Virus record (IMG/VR): IMGVR_UViG_3300020374_000023
Coordinates: 1-28,501 of that record
Source of the DNA: a virus
Taxonomy: Duplodnaviria; Caudoviricetes
Reading direction: 5' to 3' (one strand)
DNA length: 28,501 bases
The stretch's first letter is position 1. Every line of letters begins with the position of its first letter. A program made the translations under genes and the position numbers. Below the pieces are notes generated by a model. The model saw nothing but the letters and a program-made list of their open reading frames with translations, was not told the DNA's origin and ran no database searches. Shown here one piece after another: positions 1-8,272 of the stretch.

Positions 1-3000
1 TGCAGAAGAATGTATAAATGTATTTCTGAATGCTTTTGCACTTGAACCTATTGTCGTATAACTTGTTGTTGCAGCTCCTGTAACACCCAATGTTCCACCA
101 ACTGTTTGGTTACCACTAACTGCTAAACCACTTAATGTACCAACACTTGTAATTGCAGTCTGAGCTGCACCTGTTACTGTAGCTGCACTTCCAGAAGTGT
201 TTCCTGTGACATTACCTTCTAAGTTTGCAACCAATGTTCCAGTAGTAACAGTTAAACCACCAGTTGACGAACCTGTTGCAGTAGTTGTTCCCATAACAAA
301 CTTATCTGCACTTTCATCCCAACCCATAAATGCATTGTTACCTGTTGAACCCCTTTCAAGTATAAGACCTAAGTCATTACTGTTTGAACCAGTATTACCA
401 GAACCAAGTTCTATTAATGCATCTTCAATTGTTGTGTTTGTTGAACTATTTGTTACAGATGAACCATTAACTGTTAGGTTACCAGTAATTACAACATTAC
501 CACCAGCAGTTATATCTGTTGCAGCTATATCTGCAAAGGTTACATCTGAGGTTGTTGCAACATCCTGTCCAATACTAATTGCAGGCTCCCATCCTTCACC
601 AGCACTACCTGTTACAGTAACACCAGTTCCACCAGTAACATTGTCAACATAGTTACCAGTTGTTCCAGAACCTAAAGCAACATCTGCTACTACAAAATTA
701 ACTTTTGCAGATGCATCGTCATAAGTAACTGCAATACCTGTTTCTGTATTACCAGTAAACATTCCACCAACTGTGTCTTGAGCTGCTTCATTAAAGTCTG
801 AAACTGCACCACTTGTAATACTAATGTCTACATTAGATGCACTTGTTACTCTACCTTTTGAATCTACTGCTACTTGAGCAACACTGTCTGCATCACCATA
901 AGTTGCAGCTGATACACCAGAGTTTGCAAGTGTGATTGGTAATGCAACATTACCTGTTCCATCAAATGACTGTGCTGAATCTGTAGTTGCATCTCCACTT
1001 ACTGTAAAGTTTCTTGAAGTTGCAAGTGCAGTTGCAGTTGCAGAGTTTCCTGTTGAACTTCCAGCACTACCACTTACATTACCTGTAATGTTTGCAACTA
1101 GAGTTGCAACACCATATCCTGTTGCAGTTGTATCTACTGTTGTTGAAGGAACTGTTTGTGTGTCTGCAAATAATCTGAATGTATTATCTGTTGATGCATC
1201 AAAAAATATACCACCATATTTGGTTGTTCCACCTTCTACATATTTACCATAAAAACCAAAGTCTGTTGCATTTCCTGTATTTGCATTTGACAAACCTGTA
1301 AAGTTTGAATCTGAAACTGTAGCACCTGTTTGAGTTGTTGTTCCACTAACTACCAAGTTACCACTAACTGTTAAATCATTTGATACTGTTACATCACTTG
1401 GTAATCCTACTGTTACTGTTCCAGAAGATTCTCCAACTTCTACTTCATTCGAAGTTCCAGAGAATGTAAGTGTATTTCCTAATGCAATTGCAGTAGAAGC
1501 TGAACCATCGGTTACTGTAAAACTAGAGTTTGCAAGATTACTATTTGAAATTGAACCTGCTAACATACTGTTTTCTACAGTTCCAGCACCTATTGTCAAT
1601 GCAATACTAGTGCTACCTAGGTTTGTCATAACTCCAGAACCAGTTACATCTCCTGTGTAAGATAATGTTGGGTCATTAACATTAAAGTCTAAAGTGCCAT
1701 CTGAGTCTTCATAGGTAACTGAGATACCACTTTCTGTATTAGATGATACCATTCCACCAACGACATCTTGAACTCTTTCTGTAGTATGGTAGAGATTGCT
1801 TGAACCTTCGGATAAGTTGTCTGTGTCAAATCCAGAAATACTTGTTACTAAATCAATAGTTCCATCACTATCTTCATAAGTTGCAGTAATACCTGTTTCT
1901 GTATTTGAACTGAACATTGCTCCTACAGTGTCTTGAATTACTTCTGATAGGTCTATATTTGCAGAACCATCGAATGAAACACCATGAATTGTTCTTGCAT
2001 TCGCCAATGCAGTTGCAGTTGCAGCGTTTCCTGTTGTATCTTGGTTAAGTGTTGCAACTGTAAAATCTAAAGTACCATCTGCATCATCATATGCAACTGT
2101 AATACCACTTTCGGTATTAGATGTTACCATTGCACCTACGATATCTTCTACAGACTCAGTAAGGTCTGTAATAGTTGATGCAGTTGTGCTTACTACTAAA
2201 TCGATTGTACCATCTGAATCTTGATATGTTGCACCAACACCTGTTTCAGTATTACCAGAGAACATTGCACCAACAATGTCTTGAATTCTTTCTGCATTTA
2301 GTGTAACATCACCAGTTGATACAGTAAAGTCTGTTCCATCAAATGTTGCAACACCAGCATTTGTTTCTGTTGCAAGTTCAGCTGCTATTGTAGCAGTTGA
2401 CCCTTCACTTGCTGTATGAGTTATATCAATACCTTGACCAGCAGATAACTCTCTTAAAAAGTTACCAGTTGTATCTGTTCCTAATACAACTGAATCAGCT
2501 TGAATAGTTGAATTAATAGATATGTTTCCAGTTCCATCAAATGATGCAGAACCAACTACATCTCCTGCTATTGCAATTGTTCTTGCAGATGCAAGTGCTG
2601 TTGCTGTATCAGCATTACCTTCTAAGTCTGCAATTAATTTACCTGTTGAATGTCCTGTTCCACTTGTATTAACTGTGGTTGTAGGTTCTGATTGGTTTCC
2701 ATGAAATAATCTAAACTTACTTGATTCAGATGCATCCCATAGTAAACCAGCATATTTTGTGGTTGAACCTTCAACATATTGACCATACAAACCGAAGTCG
2801 GTTGCATTTGCAGCGTTATCTTTTGCAACTTTTACTGAACCATCTGCCACTTCTAAAGTAGTAGATGATACTGTTGTTGTACTTCCTTGTACTGTAAGGT
2901 TACCAGATAAAGTTAAATTGGCTGCACCAACATCTCCTGTTACTGTTAAATCGTTTCCTATTGTTACATCATCTGGCAATGCAAGAGTTACACTTGCACT

Positions 3001-3990
3001 TTCTGAACCAGAGCCAGATACAGTAATTTCATTTGCTGTTCCTGTAATATCTTGTACATAGTTTCCTGTTGTGTCTGTTCCTAATGCAACACTGTTAGCT
3101 GCAATTGTTGTAGATATAGATGTATTTCCTAGGTCTGTCATTGTTGCAGAACCAGTTACATCTCCTGTCAAGGAAATGGTAGGGTCATTGACATTAAAGT
3201 CTAGAGTACCATCTGAGTCGTCATAGGTCACTCCTATACCACTTTCTGTGTTAGATGATACCATTGCACCAACTACATCTTGAACTCTCTCAGTGGTGTG
3301 ATATTGGTTTGTTCCTTCTGGTAAAAAAGTTGTGTTTGGAGTTGCACCTATTATTACAGATGCACCCATTCCACTATGGTTTGCACAATAGTAATAATGT
3401 GGATTCATTGCATCCATTTCAAAACATACTTCTACATATGCACCAGCTGAACCTGCTGTTCCTACTTTATTATAGATAGTATATCCAGCTGACATTTCAG
3501 AACCACTGTTATGTGTTCCATCACTGGTTGTAGAGAATCTTAAAGGATGGTTTGAGTTTGTATTATCTGACTGGTCAAATCTGTAAACAACATTGGGAGA
3601 AAGTTTTGCTGTTTGTTGTGACCCACCATCTAATAAAAACTTACCACCATTTACTGTAACTACAACTTTATGGTAGTATGGTGCTGATGTATTGTTTAAT
3701 TGTTGTTCTACTGCAAGGTCAATAGTTCCATCACTATCTTCATAACCTACAGTTATATTAGTTTCAGTGTTAGAACTAAACATAGCTCCCACTGTATCTT
3801 GAATGAATTCTGCACCTACTGTTGCACTAAATGTACCAGATGAATCATCATATGAAAATGATATACCTGTATGTGTTCCAGCACCGAACAGACTTGAAAT
3901 CTGGTCTTGTATCGCTTCAACTGCACCAGTAGAGTCTAGTTCTCCAGATGCATTTAAAAGGTCTGCAAGATATCTTGCTTTTGTTGGCAT
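1..3990 (-). CDS. Large repeat-rich tail fibre protein, 3' truncated by the window edge (>=1330 aa), with a cupredoxin-like insert
   Basis: Hand translation: ATG at 3990 (MPTKARYLADLLNASGELDSTG...), SD GGAG at 4001-4004, and no stop seen down to position 1 (...AFRNTFIHSSA). It is G/T/S/V-rich with repeated QDxVGAMxSSNTExGIxVTYxDxDGT and ATATALAxxR/SFDGTGN fibre motifs. It is absent from the ORF track because no stop lies in the window. Confidence 0.9.
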   Translation of the reverse strand, partial: MPTKARYLADLLNASGELDSTGAVEAIQDQISSLFGAGTHTGISFSYDDSSGTFSATVGAEFIQDTVGAMFSSNTETNITVGYEDSDGTIDLAVEQQLNNTSAPYYHKVVVTVNGGKFLLDGGSQQTAKLSPNVVYRFDQSDNTNSNHPLRFSTTSDGTHNSGSEMSAGYTIYNKVGTAGSAGAYVEVCFEMDAMNPHYYYCANHSGMGASVIIGATPNTTFLPEGTNQYHTTERVQDVVGAMVSSNTESGIGVTYDDSDGTLDFNVNDPTISLTGDVTGSATMTDLGNTSISTTIAANSVALGTDTTGNYVQDITGTANEITVSGSGSESASVTLALPDDVTIGNDLTVTGDVGAANLTLSGNLTVQGSTTTVSSTTLEVADGSVKVAKDNAANATDFGLYGQYVEGSTTKYAGLLWDASESSKFRLFHGNQSEPTTTVNTSGTGHSTGKLIADLEGNADTATALASARTIAIAGDVVGSASFDGTGNISINSTIQADSVVLGTDTTGNFLRELSAGQGIDITHTASEGSTATIAAELATETNAGVATFDGTDFTVSTGDVTLNAERIQDIVGAMFSGNTETGVGATYQDSDGTIDLVVSTTASTITDLTESVEDIVGAMVTSNTESGITVAYDDADGTLDFTVATLNQDTTGNAATATALANARTIHGVSFDGSANIDLSEVIQDTVGAMFSSNTETGITATYEDSDGTIDLVTSISGFDTDNLSEGSSNLYHTTERVQDVVGGMVSSNTESGISVTYEDSDGTLDFNVNDPTLSYTGDVTGSGVMTNLGSTSIALTIGAGTVENSMLAGSISNSNLANSSFTVTDGSASTAIALGNTLTFSGTSNEVEVGESSGTVTVGLPSDVTVSNDLTVSGNLVVSGTTTQTGATVSDSNFTGLSNANTGNATDFGFYGKYVEGGTTKYGGIFFDASTDNTFRLFADTQTVPSTTVDTTATGYGVATLVANITGNVSGSAGSSTGNSATATALATSRNFTVSGDATTDSAQSFDGTGNVALPITLANSGVSAATYGDADSVAQVAVDSKGRVTSASNVDISITSGAVSDFNEAAQDTVGGMFTGNTETGIAVTYDDASAKVNFVVADVALGSGTTGNYVDNVTGGTGVTVTGSAGEGWEPAISIGQDVATTSDVTFADIAATDITAGGNVVITGNLTVNGSSVTNSSTNTTIEDALIELGSGNTGSNSNDLGLILERGSTGNNAFMGWDESADKFVMGTTTATGSSTGGLTVTTGTLVANLEGNVTGNTSGSAATVTGAAQTAITSVGTLSGLAVSGNQTVGGTLGVTGAATTSYTTIGSSAKAFRNTFIHSSA
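697..3801 (-). repeat. Dispersed 28-codon repeat (Q/E)DxVG(A/G)MxxxNTExGIxxTYxDxDGTxD, 7 copies
   Basis: Copies at about 697-780, 1687-1770, 1852-1935, 2065-2148, 2200-2283, 3199-3282 and 3718-3801, plus a degenerate copy at about 3830-3910. Further copies lie in the 760-aa fibre at about 9585-9668 and 10233-10316. Confidence 0.85.
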
Positions 3991-4024
3991 TTTAAAGTTT
4001 CTCCCTAATTAAATCCTTTATAGT

Positions 4025-4032
4025 TATTTATC
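4025..4032 (-). promoter_or_regulatory. T4-type late promoter box (GATAAATA)
   Basis: NATAAATA variant of the gp55-dependent TATAAATA box, in the intergenic gap about 35 nt upstream of the ATG at 3990. Confidence 0.6.
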
Positions 4033-5271
4033 TTATTCATCTATTTCAATGAAACTTTCACCTGTGATTTCTTCTAATTTTCGAATCATCTTTTCCATAT
4101 TGACTTTAAATCTTTTTCCTGTTATACTATTCTCAGAATAATATGTCCATTCACCCTCAGCATTGTGAGGAGATATTTGTGTGACATTACCTGCCTCATC
4201 TCTTACAAATAATTCTGCACTACTCGATACATCCTTTGCATATATGGCTGCACGATTTGTGACTCCAGATGGGTCGGATGCAAGTACTTCCATATGCATT
4301 GGCCCAATAATACCATTACCATTAGTGTTTAAGTCACCACCTAAGAATGGTGCAGTATCCAGAAATAAGTTTACTTCTGGTGTTTCAAATCCATATTCAA
4401 TGACATCTATAACATAGTTTGGGTCTGTAAGTGCATCAACAAATGTAATTTCTGAACCACTACCAGAACTCCATTGTCCTTTTTTAACTAAGATACCATT
4501 CACAAATACCTCTGAATATTTGGGAATGACACTTAATGTATTTCCATTTGCATCACTTCCACTTATACTTGAAGTAGAAGATGCAGTAATGTCATATTGA
4601 TTTCTAAAAAATGGTGCAGAACCATCATAAGATTTTATAATTACAGTATCACTAACCTGTAGTCCAGCATTAAATGTTATTGTGGTTGTATTTGTTTCTG
4701 TATAGTCTGTAGATGTTCTATTATCCATAAGAACACCATTTAAGAATACTAAGACTTGGCCTGGCGTATATGCTAAGGTATTACCATTTTCATCTGCACC
4801 AGATATAACAGTTTGTCCTGCTGTTGCAGTATATTCATAAACAGAGATTGCTGTAAGCTTTGCACCAGAACTCCCACCTAAAGATATTATCTCTAAGTAG
4901 TCAGATGATTTTGCACCATCATCTAATACTATTGATGTTCCATTACTTGCAGTATAATCATCTGGGTCTAAGAATACACCATTTAAAAATACAAGTATTT
5001 GTCCAGCAGTATATGATAAACTTTCATTGTTTACATCGGTGCCTGAAAATGTTGTTTGGTTTGCACTTGCATTATAAAGGTAATGTTTCATTACAGTAAA
5101 ATCAGATGTTTCTGCACCTACCTCAACGATAGATTCAGTTCCACCTACACTTTTCTTAATGTATGCCTTACCATCATAGGTGTTCAATGCCAATTCACCT
5201 AACGCTAAGTCAGATGTACTTGGAATAGCACCAGCAGTAGCAGACCTTTTTAATTGGACTGTCTGTGTCAT
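4033..5271 (-). CDS. Tail fibre-like protein with gp37/Mtd-type N-terminal domain and three beta-sandwich-like repeats
   Basis: N-terminus VQLKRSATAGAIPSTSDLALGELALN matches the KRS...GELA fibre N-terminal motif. It has three YxAxAxQTxxSGxDxNxxxL...VF(L/V)NG repeats and a predicted coiled-coil C-terminus. Confidence 0.75.
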   Translation of the reverse strand: MTQTVQLKRSATAGAIPSTSDLALGELALNTYDGKAYIKKSVGGTESIVEVGAETSDFTVMKHYLYNASANQTTFSGTDVNNESLSYTAGQILVFLNGVFLDPDDYTASNGTSIVLDDGAKSSDYLEIISLGGSSGAKLTAISVYEYTATAGQTVISGADENGNTLAYTPGQVLVFLNGVLMDNRTSTDYTETNTTTITFNAGLQVSDTVIIKSYDGSAPFFRNQYDITASSTSSISGSDANGNTLSVIPKYSEVFVNGILVKKGQWSSGSGSEITFVDALTDPNYVIDVIEYGFETPEVNLFLDTAPFLGGDLNTNGNGIIGPMHMEVLASDPSGVTNRAAIYAKDVSSSAELFVRDEAGNVTQISPHNAEGEWTYYSENSITGKRFKVNMEKMIRKLEEITGESFIEIDE

Positions 5272-5291
5272 ATGTCACTCACTTTGTCATT

Positions 5292-5305
5292 AGGGTATAT
5301 ACCCT
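5292..5305. promoter_or_regulatory. Perfect 14-bp palindrome AGGGTATATACCCT (hairpin or operator)
   Basis: Self-complementary intergenic sequence about 20 nt upstream of the 412-aa fibre start, with no U-tract on the minus strand. Confidence 0.5.
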
Positions 5306-5316
5306 GTAATACTCTG

Positions 5317-5721
5317 TTATATAACAGATTCTTTTTCTAAAATTGCACTCCATGTAGAAGTGTCTACAGTATATTTGATTCTAATCTGGTCATCTGCATA
5401 ACCAAGTCCCAAATAATTTAAAACATCGTTTGGAACATTTTTAATAGTTCTCTCAACTAATTTATTATTAGATTCCCACCAACCATTTGTTGGTGTCTCA
5501 CCATCAACTCTGAATCCTAATTGTAATTCTCTACCACCCTCAGAATTATCTAATTTGAGTTTAGCAGTCATGTTTCCATTATCACTAATAAAAACTTTAC
5601 CATCTATAGGTAAATAAAGTTGTTGCATTACATTATCTGGAATTTGTATATCAATTGTTCTATCGACAACAAAACCATCTACTCCAGAATTATCAGAATT
5701 CCATACTTTTCCATAACTCAT
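5317..5721 (-). CDS. Hypothetical protein with an internal duplication
   Basis: 134-aa ORF with SD AAGGA, co-oriented and filling the gap. Two related halves: VDRTIDIQIPDNVMQQLYL and VERTIKNVPNDVLNYLGL. Confidence 0.7.
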   Translation of the reverse strand: MSYGKVWNSDNSGVDGFVVDRTIDIQIPDNVMQQLYLPIDGKVFISDNGNMTAKLKLDNSEGGRELQLGFRVDGETPTNGWWESNNKLVERTIKNVPNDVLNYLGLGYADDQIRIKYTVDTSTWSAILEKESVI

Positions 5722-5738
5722 AATATATTCCTTTTTTT

Positions 5739-5755
5739 AAAAGACATCCGATGTC
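5739..5755 (-). terminator. Short hairpin GACATCGGATGTC followed by TTTT, a weak terminator candidate
   Basis: Inverted repeat at 5743-5755 just after the stop of the 483-aa gene, followed by TTTT on the minus strand. Confidence 0.35.
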
Positions 5756-5761
5756 ATGTTA

Positions 5762-7213
5762 TTAATAACTACCACCATCTATTGCGGTAATTGAAACTGC
5801 ACCAGATGATACTGTAAATTCACTTGCATTAAAAGATGCAATACCTTTGTTAGTTGCAGTAGCATCTTCAGCTGATAAAGTTATACTACCAGCACCATTT
5901 GTAACATCTAAACCTTCTCCAGCAGTTAATGTTCCTAATTGCATGTCACCATTACCTGTGTGACCCATTAGAATCTGACCATTGGTTGGTGCAGAACCAT
6001 CTACACTTGTAATTGAACCAGCAAGGTCTAGTGAACCAATATCTAAACTACCTTTTGTACCAGATATAATTGAACTTGAATCAGTTGCTTCTGGAACAAA
6101 GGTAAATTTACCTGTACTATCATCAAATCCGAAGAACCCTAATTTTGCAGATGAACCATCGTGCCATCTGAATTCCATACCTCTATCTTTGTTATCGTCT
6201 GAGCCTGGAGCAGAATCTCCACCTACGACAAAGATTGGGTCATCAACTGTGACTGTTGTACTGTTTACAGTTGTTGTAGTTCCATTGATAGTTAAATTAC
6301 CATCTACTGTAAGGTTGTTACCTATAGTTACATTATCTGGTAATGCAATTTGAATTTGTTGTGAACTTGCAGTTGTTACAATCTCGTTTGCAGTACCAAT
6401 AATTGATAATGATTGTGAATCTAAATCGATTGCACCTGTTCCACTGTCACCAGCAGTATCTAAATCTTGAGCAGTTATATTTGTATCTACATAATCTTTA
6501 ACTGCAGCTGATGTTGGAACTGTTGTGTCATTATCGTTTGAACCAATTCCTTCACTTTCTATTACTAAGAAAGAATCGTTTAAACTTACTGCACCACTTG
6601 CTACAGTAAATTGTGAACTGTTAAATGATGCAAGACCTTTATTTGATGTACTTGCATCTTCCCCAGCTATTGTAATTGTATTGTCTGATACTGTTGTATC
6701 AATACCTTCACCACCTGTGAAAGTTAAAGTCTCACCAGTTGAGAATGAATCGTTTGACCCACTATCTGCAGCTAATGATAAACTTGATACTACTGTTGCA
6801 AATTCTAACTGACCAGAACCATTTGTTCGAATGAACTGTCCAGAAGAACCATCACCATCTGGTAATGTAAATGTAGTATCACTTGTTACTGCATTTGGTG
6901 ATTTAAGTGCAACAAAATTTGTTCCATTGTCACTATCTTCGTATAGTTTTAAACTACCACCAGTTGAACTTCCATTCCCTACTTTGAAGTCGGCTGGTGT
7001 AGGTGTTGTTCCATCTAAAATATCTGTATAGTATTTACCACCTAATTTCTGTATTACTGCACTACCACCACTATCTTGGGACTCTACATATAAGATTGCA
7101 CCACTTCCACTATTGGAAGCATCCATTGAATATGCTAATTCACCTTGAGCTAAGTCAGATGCAGTAGGGGCAGAAACACCTGTGCTTCTTTTAATCTGAA
7201 TTACTGTTGACAT
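5762..7213 (-). CDS. Tail fibre protein with gp37/Mtd-type N-terminal domain
   Basis: Begins [29 protein letters not shown], has [21 protein letters not shown] and GGEGIDT...NKGLASF fibre motifs, and ends IDGGSY. SD AGGAG. Confidence 0.8.
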   Translation of the reverse strand: MSTVIQIKRSTGVSAPTASDLAQGELAYSMDASNSGSGAILYVESQDSGGSAVIQKLGGKYYTDILDGTTPTPADFKVGNGSSTGGSLKLYEDSDNGTNFVALKSPNAVTSDTTFTLPDGDGSSGQFIRTNGSGQLEFATVVSSLSLAADSGSNDSFSTGETLTFTGGEGIDTTVSDNTITIAGEDASTSNKGLASFNSSQFTVASGAVSLNDSFLVIESEGIGSNDNDTTVPTSAAVKDYVDTNITAQDLDTAGDSGTGAIDLDSQSLSIIGTANEIVTTASSQQIQIALPDNVTIGNNLTVDGNLTINGTTTTVNSTTVTVDDPIFVVGGDSAPGSDDNKDRGMEFRWHDGSSAKLGFFGFDDSTGKFTFVPEATDSSSIISGTKGSLDIGSLDLAGSITSVDGSAPTNGQILMGHTGNGDMQLGTLTAGEGLDVTNGAGSITLSAEDATATNKGIASFNASEFTVSSGAVSITAIDGGSY

Positions 7214-7241
7214 TATTTTCTCCTAATTATATCCTTTAGTA

Positions 7242-7481
7242 TTAGTAAGTTCCACCATCTATTGAATTAGATGATTCAAACTTTCCTGTACTTGCATCAA
7301 ATATAAGGGTCGTTCCACTTTGCAATGATTCAGTAGTTGTATCTACATTTGCAAGTTCGTTTAATTCTATTGAACTTGCATCTACTTGTCCTATTGCAAC
7401 CTGTTTCACCTGTTTATTCTGAGGATTAGCAACCTTTAATGAAATATTAGGTTGTTGAGTCACTTTTACTTGCGTAGTCAT
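7242..7481 (-). CDS. Small fibre-associated adaptor protein
   Basis: 79 aa with SD AGGAG. It has an LNELANVD...GTTLIFDASTGKFE motif typical of phage fibre segments and ends IDGGTY. Confidence 0.7.
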   Translation of the reverse strand: MTTQVKVTQQPNISLKVANPQNKQVKQVAIGQVDASSIELNELANVDTTTESLQSGTTLIFDASTGKFESSNSIDGGTY

Positions 7482-7483
7482 AA

Positions 7484-7819
7484 TTAACTCCTAGAAACAC
7501 TTGGTGTCATAATCAATTGACCTTCCATCAATCTTGTTTTACCTCCGCTTGAATCTGTCTGTAATACATCATAAACATATCTACCAGATTCAATTGCAGC
7601 GGTTTGTACATCGGTAAGACTTAATGTTAAGTTCCCACCAACTCCATCGTGTGTGGCAGTAAATGTTCCCTTGACTGTAGAAGAACCATGACTTTTTCTT
7701 ATTTGTGCAAGAAAACTTGAACCTGTCAAGTTCAATGCAGAATTTGTTGAATCAGTCAATGCCACAGAGATAGAAAAGTCTATACCTTGGTCTACGAATA
7801 AATTACTGATACTTGCCAT
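7484..7819 (-). CDS. Fibre attachment/collar-type beta-sandwich protein (LtfC/BppU-N-like)
   Basis: NLFVDQGIDF...LNLTGxxFxAQIRK...LxLTxxQT...GRYVYDV...RLMEG pattern, recognised from small structural proteins that precede fibre genes in marine T4-like phages. Confidence 0.65.
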   Translation of the reverse strand: MASISNLFVDQGIDFSISVALTDSTNSALNLTGSSFLAQIRKSHGSSTVKGTFTATHDGVGGNLTLSLTDVQTAAIESGRYVYDVLQTDSSGGKTRLMEGQLIMTPSVSRS

Positions 7820-7852
7820 ATAAAATACTACCTTTTGATGTTATCTTAGTAG

Positions 7853-7860
7853 TATTTATG
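7853..7860 (-). promoter_or_regulatory. T4-type late promoter box (CATAAATA) overlapping a 9-bp inverted repeat
   Basis: Intergenic NATAAATA 33 nt upstream of ATG 7819; inverted-repeat arms at 7823-7831 and 7849-7857. Confidence 0.65.
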
Positions 7861-7892
7861 CAATTTAGGACTTTGAACTTTGGATTTCTTTT

Positions 7893-8261
7893 TTAAGTAA
7901 TTGCTTGATATTTTACTGTTGGAGTTTTTTGTTCTTCAATTGTACTGTAAATTGAATGTTTGTGGTCATTCATAGCAGTAGAGCCTACTGCTCCTTCAAA
8001 CCACCCCAAAATAGCATCTTTTTCGCTTGTAGATAAAGATGATATATCTGAAAATACTGTATAATCTGCAACTGCTTTAAATTTTAAATTGAAAGCACAT
8101 GGTATAGCAAAATTTGCTGTATATGTATTTTCTCCCACAGTTTCAGTTCCAGTGTAATTTACTACAATTTCATAAATTGCATTTGTTACACTTCCATCAG
8201 TTGCCTGATGAGTAGGGTGATAACTAACCCCTATTAATTCTTTTGTATAAGTTATTGCCAT
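7893..8261 (-). CDS. Hypothetical fibre-associated protein (possible assembly chaperone)
   Basis: 122 aa with SD AGGAG. MAITYT...VTNAIYEIVVNYTGT...DYTVFSDI resembles small proteins commonly found beside fibre tips. Confidence 0.65.
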   Translation of the reverse strand: MAITYTKELIGVSYHPTHQATDGSVTNAIYEIVVNYTGTETVGENTYTANFAIPCAFNLKFKAVADYTVFSDISSLSTSEKDAILGWFEGAVGSTAMNDHKHSIYSTIEEQKTPTVKYQAIT

Positions 8262-8272
8262 AATTTTTTCTC

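Noticed and set aside
2634-2828. Short minus-strand ORFs in alternative frames (2634-2828; also 12439-12657)
   Set aside because: They are nested out of frame within much larger genes, and their Q/L/V/M-rich composition is a typical frameshift shadow.
697-3801. Regular ~84-bp repeats as a possible CRISPR array or DGR template/variable repeat pair
   Set aside because: Copies are in-frame coding repeats that vary mainly at third codon positions with irregular spacing. I saw no adenine-specific mismatch pattern and no reverse transcriptase or cas gene in the window.
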